From the NCBI GenBank assembly GCA_958295675.1, contig OY282360.1, positions 195,580-259,579 on the forward strand: a DNA stretch of 64,000 nt, written 5' to 3'. The notes below the pieces were generated by a model. It searched no databases, had not been told where the DNA came from, and saw only the letters and a program-made list of their open reading frames with translations. Source of the stretch: Minisyncoccota bacterium (GTDB lineage: Bacteria; Patescibacteriota; Minisyncoccia; Phycocordibacterales; JABAAK01). This document shows positions 47,387-57,190 of the stretch, in pieces (the stretch's first letter is position 1; every line of letters starts with the position of its first letter). The position numbers and the translations under genes are program-made.

Positions 47387-49699
47387 GTGGTGTATATGTT
47401 ATTACTGGACAGAATATTCGGGACTGAATCAGAAAAATATGTCAAACGGGCCGAACAAATGGTACAGGATGTTCAGGCGCATCGGAAACATATAGCCGAG
47501 CTTTCTGATGAAGCACTGCAAAAAAAGACAGAGGAGTTCAAAACATCACTTACATCAGGAAAATCTTTGGATGATTGCATGTCCGAAGCGTGTGCCGTGG
47601 TGAGCGAGGCGGCGAAACGGACGACGGAGATGGATCCGTTTAATGTGCAGATAATCGGTTCGTCAGTGCTGCACAGGGGATCCATAGCGGAAATGCGCAC
47701 CGGTGAGGGAAAAACATTGGTGGCGGTGCCGGCAGCATACCTAAACGCACTCACCGGAAAACCGGTGCATATTGTCACGGTAAACGATTATCTCGCACGC
47801 AGGGATGCGGTGTGGATGGGACAAATTTTCTCGTTATTAGGCATGTCAGTCGGTGTGATCAATTCACAGAACCAATCCTTTGAATATGATCCCGGACATA
47901 CCGAAAAAGATAAGGAACGGGACACAAAAGGGGAATATAAGGTGATGTATGATTTTCTCCGGGAAACCACGCGTCAGAATGCGTACCGATGTGATATTGT
48001 ATACGGCACCAACAATGAGTATGTTTTTGACTACTTGCGGGACAATATTGAATACGACAGCGGCAATATTCGCCATCGGGGATTCCACTTCGCTATTGTT
48101 GACGAGGTTGATTCAATCCTCATTGATGAGGCGCGCAGTCCGCTTATTATCTCAAGCGCGGCGAATATTCCGGCATCACACTATATACAGTTCGCGCAGT
48201 TCGCGGAAACATTGCAGGAAAAAGAAGATTATACTATCGATGAGAAACATCGGGGAGTGTCGCTGACTCAATCCGGTATACAGAAGTTTGAAACAGCACT
48301 GAAAGTACAAAACGCGTTTGTAGAAGGGGGTCAGCGTACCGTGCACTATCTTCAGAATGCGCTGAAAGCAAAGTCATTGTTTAAAAAGGATAAACAGTAT
48401 GTGGTACAGGACAATAAAATTGTCATTGTAGATGAATTTACGGGACGATTGCAGCACGGTCGGCAATGGAGCGAGGGATTGCATCAGGCAATAGAAGCGA
48501 AGGAGGGGGTCGCAATACAGCAGGAAACGCGCACCTATGCCTCAATAACCTATCAGAACTATTTCAGAATGTACGACAAACTCGCCGGCATGACCGGCAC
48601 CGCGGCATCATCCGCGGAAGAATTTTTGAAAGTGTACAAAATGGAGGTGGTCAGCATTCCGACAAACAAACCGTCACACCGCATTGATCATCCGGACATT
48701 ATCTATCAGACACAAGCGGCGAAACTGCGCGCAACGGTAAAAAAAATTAAAGAACTGCATGAAAAAGGACAGCCGGTACTGGTCGGCACCGCATCCATAG
48801 AGCATAATGAAGCTCTTTCAAAACGGTTGAAGAAGGCAAAAGTGCCGCATGAAATATTGAACGCGAAAAACCACGAACGCGAAGGTGAAATTATCGCGCA
48901 GGCCGGCAAGAAGGGCATGGTAACCGTGGCAACCAACCTTGCAGGGCGGGGTGTGGATATAAAATTAGGCGGTCCGACCGGCGAGGCATCGGAAAAGGAT
49001 GCGGAAGAGGTCAAGAACCTCGGCGGACTCTTTGTGCTCGGCACTGAACGGCACGAATCACGGCGCATTGACAACCAGCTGCGCGGTCGTTGCGGTCGGC
49101 AGGGAGATGCGGGAGAAACACAGTTTTTTATATCGCTTGAAGATGATCTGACGCGAGTCTTCGGCTCTGAGCAAGTGCTCAATATAGCGAAACGGCTCGG
49201 TCTGCCGGAAGATCAGGCGATACAGAACAGGATTATAACAAAATCCATAGAAAGCGCTCAGCAACGGATTGAAGGACATCATTTTGATGCGCGACGATTC
49301 AGCTTGCAGTACGATACAGTGCTGAACACCCACCGATCGGAAGTATACACCCGACGGCAGGCAGTGTTGTCTGCAGATAAGGAAACGGCATTTTCTGAAT
49401 ATATGTCCGGAGAATATGTGGCGCGCATACAGGAGAAACACGGAAAGGAATCTTTTGAAACAATAAAAAAGATTATATTGAGAAGTATTGATATGGGATG
49501 GATGGAGCATCTGGAACTGATGGATTACGCGAAAAGCAGCGCCAATCTTCGGTCTTACGGTCAGCGCGAACCGCTTATGGAGTACAGAAAAGAAAGCATC
49601 CGTCTTTTTGAGGGATTCTGGAAACGGGTGAACAATATCGTTGGACAGACGATACAGGAGGAACGGAAAAAACAGAATACGGATTCTCAGCCCGCATAA
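47387..49699 (+). CDS. secA: preprotein translocase ATPase SecA
   Basis: DEAD-like motor domains (MRTGEGKTLVA, DEVDSILIDEARSPLII), preprotein cross-linking domain. 770 aa. Confidence 0.9.
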   Translation: MVYMLLLDRIFGTESEKYVKRAEQMVQDVQAHRKHIAELSDEALQKKTEEFKTSLTSGKSLDDCMSEACAVVSEAAKRTTEMDPFNVQIIGSSVLHRGSIAEMRTGEGKTLVAVPAAYLNALTGKPVHIVTVNDYLARRDAVWMGQIFSLLGMSVGVINSQNQSFEYDPGHTEKDKERDTKGEYKVMYDFLRETTRQNAYRCDIVYGTNNEYVFDYLRDNIEYDSGNIRHRGFHFAIVDEVDSILIDEARSPLIISSAANIPASHYIQFAQFAETLQEKEDYTIDEKHRGVSLTQSGIQKFETALKVQNAFVEGGQRTVHYLQNALKAKSLFKKDKQYVVQDNKIVIVDEFTGRLQHGRQWSEGLHQAIEAKEGVAIQQETRTYASITYQNYFRMYDKLAGMTGTAASSAEEFLKVYKMEVVSIPTNKPSHRIDHPDIIYQTQAAKLRATVKKIKELHEKGQPVLVGTASIEHNEALSKRLKKAKVPHEILNAKNHEREGEIIAQAGKKGMVTVATNLAGRGVDIKLGGPTGEASEKDAEEVKNLGGLFVLGTERHESRRIDNQLRGRCGRQGDAGETQFFISLEDDLTRVFGSEQVLNIAKRLGLPEDQAIQNRIITKSIESAQQRIEGHHFDARRFSLQYDTVLNTHRSEVYTRRQAVLSADKETAFSEYMSGEYVARIQEKHGKESFETIKKIILRSIDMGWMEHLELMDYAKSSANLRSYGQREPLMEYRKESIRLFEGFWKRVNNIVGQTIQEERKKQNTDSQPA

Positions 49700-49746
49700 C
49701 AATGTAAAAAAGAAAGGGCTACCTTGTCGGTAGCCCTTAACAGGGT

Positions 49747-50130
49747 TCAACGGCAACCCCTGTTCACATCCCAGAACAGGTAGCCCTGATGCTGCCTACC
49801 GTTCAGACCGGGATGTTCCGGATCAAAGTAGTGGCGAAAGACAGAGTGCTGGTATTGCGCCGGCGTCCACTCCTGGGATGCCGACTGTACTGGCATTTCA
49901 ACTCCATGGACCATCTGTGTCGGGGTGTCCTGGATGAAGTAGGTCATTGCCGCACCAGCCGCAAACGCAAGGACACCGACCATCGCCGACGCCAAAACGG
50001 AACTACGCGCACCACTACGACTAGCCGGCGCAGGTGCCGGATCTTGATCAGACGAAGCCATCATTACCTCCTGGGTTTGTTGAGAAAAAGCTCCAAATAG
50101 AAGTATAGTATACCTTTGTGGATTGAACAA
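49747..50130 (-). CDS. hypothetical membrane-anchored protein
   Basis: Pro/Ala-rich N-terminus, one TM (VLASAMVGVLAFAAGAAM). Start may be MMASSDQD near 50064. Confidence 0.35.
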   Translation of the reverse strand: MFNPQRYTILLFGAFSQQTQEVMMASSDQDPAPAPASRSGARSSVLASAMVGVLAFAAGAAMTYFIQDTPTQMVHGVEMPVQSASQEWTPAQYQHSVFRHYFDPEHPGLNGRQHQGYLFWDVNRGCR

Positions 50131-50316
50131 GATATAAGAAATTAATGTGGAAAACTAATTAATAGAATAATTAAATGCAACATATTCAATGCAGATATTT
50201 ATACAGGGAAGCAAAAAATATTCAGTAAAATAAAGAGAAAAATGTAAGATATAGTTGACAAATACACCATTTTTATATATTATAGATACTAGGTTCTTTC
50301 AACAAAGGAGGTCACT

Positions 50317-51252
50317 ATGAAGACCCTATTCTTGATACTGTTCGTTGCAGTATCGTCCATGGTGTCGACACCAACAGCAGCAGCGGATGGCACCACACTC
50401 ACCGAATCCTCACAGTTCATTGTGGATTTGGTGCGAACCTCTTCTGATGCGGAGAAAGCCAGAATACTGGCTGGGTCCGTGCCGCAGGAGGTGCTCGTGT
50501 ATCTTGCGAGCGATACCGATGCCACAATTCGAGCAAGTGTTGCTGCAAGCAGCTTCACACCCAGTGAAGTTCTCAAAATGCTGGCAAGGGACGATGACCA
50601 AAATGTGCTGCTTGCACTAGCACGGAATCCGAACACGCCGAGCGAAACCATAAACCGTATGGCGAAGCATCAGAATACATTCGTTCGGAGAGCGGTCGCC
50701 GGCAATACCGGACTGTCTGCTAAAACCTTGGCAAGGTTGTCCGAGGATGTTGACTGGATTGTTCGGTTGACTGTTGTTGAGAATCCGAACGCACCGGCAG
50801 ATGTCCTGAACGCCATGACCGAATCCGGGGATCTGGCGGAACATGTGCGTTGGGCATTGGCAAGAAGTACAACCACAAGCGTACAGGTGAGGAGTGCACT
50901 GATACGGGACGAAAGCATCCATGTGCGCTTTGCAGTTGCCAGTAATCCGACGACACCTCCCGATGTTCTGCGCAGTATCGCACAGGATGGGGATGAGGCA
51001 ATGCTGTGGACTCTTGCGAGTAATCCGGCAACGCCGCCTGATGTACTGAGTGATCTGGTCGAGAACTCTGTTGCAGCTATACGGATTGCCGTTGGCGGTA
51101 ACAGCAACACGCCGGTTGCAGTGCGACTTCAGTTGATGACGGACGAAAACAAATTTGTCCGATTTACCGTGCTTCGTGACATGCCTGTCACGACAGTTGT
51201 TGAAACGCGCGATCAGCGCCGAACCAACAAGGCTAACGCTGACGGTGAATAA
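50317..51252 (+). CDS. secreted leucine-rich-repeat-variant (LRV)/HEAT-like repeat protein
   Basis: Signal peptide. About eight repeats of the consensus (A/V)xNPNTPxxVLxxLAxDxDxxVRxxVA. Strong promoter and RBS AAGGAGG. Confidence 0.6.
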   Translation: MKTLFLILFVAVSSMVSTPTAAADGTTLTESSQFIVDLVRTSSDAEKARILAGSVPQEVLVYLASDTDATIRASVAASSFTPSEVLKMLARDDDQNVLLALARNPNTPSETINRMAKHQNTFVRRAVAGNTGLSAKTLARLSEDVDWIVRLTVVENPNAPADVLNAMTESGDLAEHVRWALARSTTTSVQVRSALIRDESIHVRFAVASNPTTPPDVLRSIAQDGDEAMLWTLASNPATPPDVLSDLVENSVAAIRIAVGGNSNTPVAVRLQLMTDENKFVRFTVLRDMPVTTVVETRDQRRTNKANADGE

Positions 51253-51327
51253 CCCGCAATCCCGCATGTGAAAACATGCGGGATTATTTTTATTCGGCAA
51301 AAAGTGAAAGTAGCGTATACTGTATGT

Positions 51328-51690
51328 ATGCTGATGAAGCTTGTGCATATAGGGTTGATAGGAGTTGTGCTGTATTTCACCATTGTTTTTATAGACGGCG
51401 TTTCATTGGAAACGCAGGCATACCCGTTTGTGCCTCCTTTTATTTCTCCGTTCGCGCAGTCCTTTTCGCTCTTACTGGCACTATGTGCCATTGTTGAGAT
51501 GATCATACATCCGATACTGCGTCTCATCCTTCTGCCGATCAGATTTATTACATTCGGCATCGCGTCTATTATTCTCTCAGCCGTGTTGGTCTCAGCTGTG
51601 GTGTTCATCTATCCGCCTTTCAACGCTTCAATATTTTGGATTTTCGCGATAGGTTTTGCGTTCGCGCTGTTTCAAAAGGTGACAAAATAG
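51328..51690 (+). CDS. small 4-TM membrane protein (DUF360/phage-holin-4-like topology)
   Basis: MLMKLVHIGLIGVVLYFTIVFIDG... Four hydrophobic helices. The ORF is open from 51268. Confidence 0.4.
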   Translation: MLMKLVHIGLIGVVLYFTIVFIDGVSLETQAYPFVPPFISPFAQSFSLLLALCAIVEMIIHPILRLILLPIRFITFGIASIILSAVLVSAVVFIYPPFNASIFWIFAIGFAFALFQKVTK

Positions 51691-51691
51691 T

Positions 51692-52669
51692 ATGTTCGTG
51701 GACGAAAGAACAATCACAATTTCCGGCGGTGCTGGCGGCGACGGAGCGGTGCATTGGCATCGGGAAAAATTCATCGCGAAAGGCGGACCGGACGGCGGTA
51801 ACGGCGGCAAGGGCGGTGATGCGTACATAGAAGCCGTTCGGGATCTTCGCGCGCTTGAGCGGTACCGGCAGGGTGATGTGCTGAAAGCGACGGACGGCGC
51901 GCCCGGCAGCGGCTCGTTAAAAAGCGGTCAGAACGGCGGTGATCTGACAGTATATGTGCCGATCGGATCTATTGTAAAGAACTTAAGAACACAGGAACGA
52001 TTTGAGTTGACACAGGAAGGACAGCGGGTGATGATTGCAGCCGGCGGACAGGGCGGATTCGGCAATGCGCATTTCAAAAGTTCAGTGAACACCACGCCGC
52101 AAACCGCGACATCGGGAGAACGCCCGCAGACATATCGGTTTCATATTGAACTGAATATAATTGCCGATGCCGGTATCATCGGCCTGCCGAATGCCGGCAA
52201 ATCAACCCTGCTGAACACACTCACCGCGGCATCTGTCCGCACCGCGGCATATCCGTTTACCACACTTGAACCGAACCTCGGCATGTTCCACGGTTTTGTA
52301 CTCGCGGATATTCCCGGTGTGATTGAGCATGCGTCACAGGGAAAGGGTTTGGGACATAAGTTTCTGCGCCATATCGCCCGTACCGGAGTGCTGGTGCATC
52401 TTGTCGCCGCGGATGAACCGGATGTCGCGCGCGCATACCATATTGTTCGCAAAGAACTGGAGACATACAATATGATGCTGATAAAAAAGAAAGAAATAGT
52501 GGTGCTGTCAAAGACAGACACAGTTTCCGAGGAACAAAAAAACATGCTGCTCACAATATTGCCGAAGGGGGCGATACCGCTGACTGTTTTGGATGATGCA
52601 TCGGTCGCGGCATTCAGCGCTGAACTTTCAAGAATGCTCGGCAAGGATGCAGTGAATACAAACGGGTAG
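51692..52669 (+). CDS. obg: GTPase Obg/CgtA
   Basis: Gly-rich Obg fold N-terminus (ISGGAGGDGAVHW...GGPDGGNGGKGGD). G-domain GLPNAGKSTLL, DIPGVIEHA. Confidence 0.9.
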   Translation: MFVDERTITISGGAGGDGAVHWHREKFIAKGGPDGGNGGKGGDAYIEAVRDLRALERYRQGDVLKATDGAPGSGSLKSGQNGGDLTVYVPIGSIVKNLRTQERFELTQEGQRVMIAAGGQGGFGNAHFKSSVNTTPQTATSGERPQTYRFHIELNIIADAGIIGLPNAGKSTLLNTLTAASVRTAAYPFTTLEPNLGMFHGFVLADIPGVIEHASQGKGLGHKFLRHIARTGVLVHLVAADEPDVARAYHIVRKELETYNMMLIKKKEIVVLSKTDTVSEEQKNMLLTILPKGAIPLTVLDDASVAAFSAELSRMLGKDAVNTNG

Positions 52670-52692
52670 TTTTTGCTACACTATACACATAT

Positions 52693-54111
52693 ATGTACAC
52701 ACCGACCATAGGACTTGAAATACATGCCGAACTGCTCACCGACAGCAAATTATTCTGCGGGTGCAGAAACGAGCCGAATGAAGTGCCGCCGAACACACAT
52801 ATCTGTCCGGTGTGTGTCGGGTATCCGGGTGCGCTGCCGTTTCTGAATAAGCAGGCAGTGGAACATGTGCTCCGTATCGGCACGGCACTAAACGGTACTG
52901 TAGCGACTGCGACAGAATTTGATCGTAAACATTATTTTTATCCGGACATACCGAAAGGGTATCAAATCAGTCAGTACCCGTATCCGCTGATTCAGAAAGC
53001 GAAACTGGCAGGTGTCGGTATTCAGCGGGTGCATTTGGAGGAGGACACCGCGAAAAGTTCGCATGATGTGACCGCACAGGGTTCAGTCATTGATTTCAAC
53101 CGATCGGGAGTACCGTTAATGGAGCTGGTGACGGATCCGGTTATGCACACGGCAGAAGAAGCGAAACACTTCGCCGAAACTCTGCAGATGACTCTCCGTT
53201 ATCTCGAAGCCGCACGCGCTCGCATGGAATGGGGTGAGATGCGGGTAGAGGCGAATATCTCAGTCAGCAAGACAGAAAAACTCGGTACCAAGGTTGAGAT
53301 TAAAAACCTAAATTCATTTAAGGCGGTAACCGGTGCTATTGAGTTTGAAATACAGCGCCACATTGAAGCATTAGAGAATGGTGAGCGCATTGTGCAGGAA
53401 ACTCGCGGCTGGAATGAAAACACCGGCAAAACTTTTTCCCAGCGTCTGAAAGAGACATCAGCGGAATATCGGTACATGCCCGAGCCGGACTTGCCGAAGT
53501 ATCGCATTGACACCGTACCCGGATGGGATGCGGTATCGCTGAAAGCGACTATTCCAGAACTTCCGGAGCAGAAATTGAAACGGTATATTGAGGAAACGGA
53601 AATACCGGAAGGTCAGGCGGATATTCTGGTGCGGCATAAACAGCTTGCGGATGTGTTTGACGGTACGATAGCAGCGGTCCGGCATAAAGATGCGGTGCGG
53701 CTGACCGCGAACTATCTTTCTACTGATGTGATGCAGTACATGGAGACAGACGGTGAAACATTGTTTGACGGCATCACAGTTGCAACAATAACGGAGTTGA
53801 TACAACTCATTATTGACGGCGAACTGTCATCGCGCGGCGCGAAAGACATTATTGCCGTTCTGGTACAGGATGGCGGCAGTCCGCGGACAATCGCGGAACA
53901 GAAAGGTCTCTTTCAACAGTCCGATGAGCGCGTACTCGGTGAGATTGTTGAACGGGTTGTGCGGGGACATACTGACATGGTCGATGAATATCGCGCCGGT
54001 AAAGAACAGGTGCTGAAATTTCTTGTCGGACAGGTGATGAAAGAAACAAAAGGGTCGGCAAATCCAGAAGTCGCGAGCGAACTTCTGAAAAAACATTTAA
54101 ATAAAAAATAA
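52693..54111 (+). CDS. gatB: Asp/Glu-tRNA(Asn/Gln) amidotransferase subunit B
   Basis: PTIGLEIHAELLTDSKLFCGC..CPVCVGYPGALP N-terminus. 472 aa. Confidence 0.85.
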   Translation: MYTPTIGLEIHAELLTDSKLFCGCRNEPNEVPPNTHICPVCVGYPGALPFLNKQAVEHVLRIGTALNGTVATATEFDRKHYFYPDIPKGYQISQYPYPLIQKAKLAGVGIQRVHLEEDTAKSSHDVTAQGSVIDFNRSGVPLMELVTDPVMHTAEEAKHFAETLQMTLRYLEAARARMEWGEMRVEANISVSKTEKLGTKVEIKNLNSFKAVTGAIEFEIQRHIEALENGERIVQETRGWNENTGKTFSQRLKETSAEYRYMPEPDLPKYRIDTVPGWDAVSLKATIPELPEQKLKRYIEETEIPEGQADILVRHKQLADVFDGTIAAVRHKDAVRLTANYLSTDVMQYMETDGETLFDGITVATITELIQLIIDGELSSRGAKDIIAVLVQDGGSPRTIAEQKGLFQQSDERVLGEIVERVVRGHTDMVDEYRAGKEQVLKFLVGQVMKETKGSANPEVASELLKKHLNKK

Positions 54112-54251
54112 AATCATTGACAAAATTATTTCTTTTGATAAAACAAATATTCTATTGCGATTATGCGAAACATTTGATACTATACCAGTGGGTAACGATT
54201 ACCCGTCCGTGACAATATCACCTTAGCAGGTCAACAGAGGAGGACAGGAGG

Positions 54252-54470
54252 ATGCAGGAGAGTGGAACGATGCGGCAGCATGATGGAGAAGAGCGGGAAG
54301 ACATGTCGCTGTTGGACATTGGATTCATAAGCCGGATCCGTCAGCAAATAAGGGGGCTACAAACTCACGGTATCACAAGCAGGCATCGTGATTACCGGTT
54401 GAAGCGGATGGCATACAGATTGGAAGATTTGCTGTGGGATATCAGGCATGATAAGCCCGTGATGCACTAA
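54252..54470 (+). CDS. hypothetical small protein (72 aa) with own promoter, RBS and terminator
   Basis: Promoter TTGACAAAATTATT..TAAAAC at ~54117-54148. Palindrome GGGTAACGATTACCC. RBS AGGAGG 5 nt before the ATG. Terminator at 54492-54527. Confidence 0.4.
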   Translation: MQESGTMRQHDGEEREDMSLLDIGFISRIRQQIRGLQTHGITSRHRDYRLKRMAYRLEDLLWDIRHDKPVMH

Positions 54471-54491
54471 CAGCCGATTCCGCACATCAAG

Positions 54492-54527
54492 CCCACCGTG
54501 TGTACAAGAGACATACGGTGGGTTTTT
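54492..54527 (+). terminator. Rho-independent terminator
   Basis: CCCACCGTGTGTACAAGAGACATACGGTGGG plus TTTTT. Confidence 0.7.
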
Positions 54528-54575
54528 CCTCAATATAGTGCGACCGATTTTTTCTGTGTCATACTGCCTACAGGT

Positions 54576-55577
54576 ATGAAAAAAGTTGCAATTAACGGTT
54601 TCGGCAGAATAGGACGCGCGTATGTCCGCCTTGCGCATGCGTGCAAAGATATAGAAATTGCGGCAATCAATGATCTCATGGACACGGAAACGGGCGCGTA
54701 CTTACTGCAATACGATACTACATACGGCATGTTTGAGGAAAAAGTTTCCGCGGACGGGAACAGCGCGCTCCGTATCGGTTCAAAAAAAATAGCATGGTTT
54801 TCAATAAAAACACCGACTGAGCTTCCGTGGCGCGCGCTCGGTATTGATGCGGTGATAGAGGCGACCGGCATGTTCGCTTCGTATGAAAAGGCGTATGCGC
54901 ATAATATGGCCGGCGCGAAACATACTATCATCACCGCACCGGTAAAAGACGAACCGCCGGCGAATGTGGATGCGGCAACCGTTCTTATAGGTATTAACGG
55001 CAATCAGGCGAAACAGTGTTCAATTACTTCCAACGCGTCGTGTACCACGAACGCGGTCGGTATTCCGCTCGCGCTGCTGACGGAGAAAATAGGAGTGGAG
55101 AGCGCGATACTCAGCACGGCGCACGGTTACACAGCGACACAGCAGCTGGTTGACAGTCCGACAAAAAAGAAAAGCAATCTTCGCGACGGCAGGGCGGGCG
55201 CGATGAACATCATACCGTCGTCAACCGGCGCGGCGATAGCGACGACAAAAGTGGTGTCGTCATTGGAACACTGCTTTGACGGTATCGCTCTGCGCGTGCC
55301 GACTGTCGCGGGTTCCGTGGCTGATCTCACCATGGTTATGAATAGAAACACCACCGTGGAAGAAGTGAACAGAATCCTGGAATCCTGCGATAAAAAACTC
55401 TTCACCACAACAAAAGAACAGGTAGTGTCATCGGATATTATCGGCAGACCGTTCGTTTCAATCGCCGATCTCAGCATGACACGGGTGGTAAACGGCAATC
55501 TCGTTAAAATTCTTCTATGGTACGACAACGAGATGGGATACACGCAGTCGCTCATTGAGCATACCAGAGCGGTGTAA
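54576..55577 (+). CDS. gap: glyceraldehyde-3-phosphate dehydrogenase
   Basis: VAINGFGRIGR NAD-binding motif, SNASCTTNA catalytic Cys region. Confidence 0.9.
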   Translation: MKKVAINGFGRIGRAYVRLAHACKDIEIAAINDLMDTETGAYLLQYDTTYGMFEEKVSADGNSALRIGSKKIAWFSIKTPTELPWRALGIDAVIEATGMFASYEKAYAHNMAGAKHTIITAPVKDEPPANVDAATVLIGINGNQAKQCSITSNASCTTNAVGIPLALLTEKIGVESAILSTAHGYTATQQLVDSPTKKKSNLRDGRAGAMNIIPSSTGAAIATTKVVSSLEHCFDGIALRVPTVAGSVADLTMVMNRNTTVEEVNRILESCDKKLFTTTKEQVVSSDIIGRPFVSIADLSMTRVVNGNLVKILLWYDNEMGYTQSLIEHTRAV

Positions 55578-55588
55578 TATAAAAATAT

Positions 55589-56038
55589 ATGGCTATGCAC
55601 ATTTTTCTTGCGGCAGATCATGCGGGGTTTGAGATGAAAGAACGCATCAAAAAGATTCTTCTGAAACAGGCGCACACGGTGGAAGATATCGGCGCGAATG
55701 CCTTTAAACCGATTGATGATTATCCGCAGTACATGCACGCGCTGGCAAAGCAGGTGTTGCGGCACGGCAGGTCATTCGGCATCATGTTCGGCGGTTCCGG
55801 TCAGGGAGAGGCGATAGTCGCGAACAGGTATCCCGGCATCCGAGCGGTGGTCTATCCGGCACCGAATCCCGAATTGATAGTACTCGGACGGGAACACAAT
55901 GACGCGAATGTGCTTTCCGTCGGCGCGCGGTTCCTGGCGAATGAGGAGGCGGAGCAGGCGGTAAAAACATTTTTAAACACACCATTTCCCGGCGAAGACA
56001 GGCACACACGCCGCATAGCGCAGATAGACGCCGCATAG
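55589..56038 (+). CDS. rpiB: ribose-5-phosphate isomerase B (RpiB/LacAB family)
   Basis: IFLAADHAGFEMKE...GIMFGGSGQGEAIVANRYPGIRA. Confidence 0.85.
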   Translation: MAMHIFLAADHAGFEMKERIKKILLKQAHTVEDIGANAFKPIDDYPQYMHALAKQVLRHGRSFGIMFGGSGQGEAIVANRYPGIRAVVYPAPNPELIVLGREHNDANVLSVGARFLANEEAEQAVKTFLNTPFPGEDRHTRRIAQIDAA

Positions 56039-56044
56039 CAATAT

Positions 56045-56704
56045 ATGGAGGCAATCATTCCCGCAATTTTAAAAACATCATTCACGGAGATAGCGGATGC
56101 CGCGCACAGTGTATCTGATTTCGCGGCGTATGTGCAGATAGATATAGTTGACGGTCTGCATGCGCCGGACATGACATGGCCGTACACGACCGCGGTCATA
56201 CAGGAGGAAATCGGACGATTGGATAATCTGCCTGTCACCTACGAATTGGATCTGATGATAGAGAAGCCGGAGCGAACACTCGGTTTGTGGCTGTCTACAG
56301 GAGCGAAACGCTGCATCATTCATCTCACTTCAACAGAACGGTTGTCAGAATGTGTCCGACGCGTCAAGGAGGCGGGTAAAGAGGTATATATCGGTGTGAC
56401 TATAGCCGATAACCTTTCGGCACTGGAACCGGTAATCAACGAGATAGACGGTGTGCAATGCATGGGTATCGCGCATATCGGCAGGCAGGGTGAACCGTTT
56501 GATGACCGCGTACTTGCTCTCATACGGACAGTGAAAGATATGAAACCGGCATTGCCGATCAATGCGGACGGCGGTGTGTCAATAAACACTGCTCCGATGT
56601 TCGCAGATGCGGGCGTATCGCAGTTCGCGGTCGGGTCCGCGCTCTTTCAGGGTGACCGAGAAAGCAACTTTCTCACTTTAACCGAGATAACCCGGCGCGA
56701 TTAA
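56045..56704 (+). CDS. rpe: ribulose-phosphate 3-epimerase-like TIM-barrel protein
   Basis: IIPAIL...VQIDIVDGLHAPDMTWP resembles Rpe (IAPSILSADF..HVDVMDGHFVPN). C-terminal GGV..N..GA. Confidence 0.65.
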   Translation: MEAIIPAILKTSFTEIADAAHSVSDFAAYVQIDIVDGLHAPDMTWPYTTAVIQEEIGRLDNLPVTYELDLMIEKPERTLGLWLSTGAKRCIIHLTSTERLSECVRRVKEAGKEVYIGVTIADNLSALEPVINEIDGVQCMGIAHIGRQGEPFDDRVLALIRTVKDMKPALPINADGGVSINTAPMFADAGVSQFAVGSALFQGDRESNFLTLTEITRRD

Positions 56705-56727
56705 GAGTATAGAGCGATAGTACATAC

Positions 56728-57153
56728 TTATTCTTCTACAGCAGCGGACTCACCGTCGTTATTCGTCGCATCGTTCGGTCCCGTTTCAGATTGTTCGGTT
56801 TCCAATGCAGATGTCTCATCGTTGCGTTTTGTTTGTTCATCAACAGCATCAGAATCCTCCTTCGCTTGTGCATCCGCGGCATCACTTTCTTCATCAGTTT
56901 CTTTTTCTTCCGCATCAGCATCACCTTCCTCATCCGTCATTTCTTCCGCCTGTTCATCCTCAGTATCACCTTCCTCATCCGTAAGCAGTGAGGAAACATC
57001 GGAAGTAAAGTCAGAAAAGTTCCCCTGATTTTCCTGCACCCCTCGTATTGACTCCCGCGCGCGCATCCGCATCTCATCTATCGGAGCGAATATATACACA
57101 ATAATCGCGAGAAGTATGATAGCAAAAAACACGGGCGGTCCGATAGTGTACAT
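56728..57153 (-). CDS. membrane-anchored highly acidic (D/E-rich) protein
   Basis: N-terminal TM (PPVFFAIILLAIIVYIFAPI). The remaining ~100 aa are ~45% D/E. Confidence 0.4.
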   Translation of the reverse strand: MYTIGPPVFFAIILLAIIVYIFAPIDEMRMRARESIRGVQENQGNFSDFTSDVSSLLTDEEGDTEDEQAEEMTDEEGDADAEEKETDEESDAADAQAKEDSDAVDEQTKRNDETSALETEQSETGPNDATNNDGESAAVEE

Positions 57154-57190
57154 ATATTCTCATACTACCCGTATATTCACCGACTGTCCA

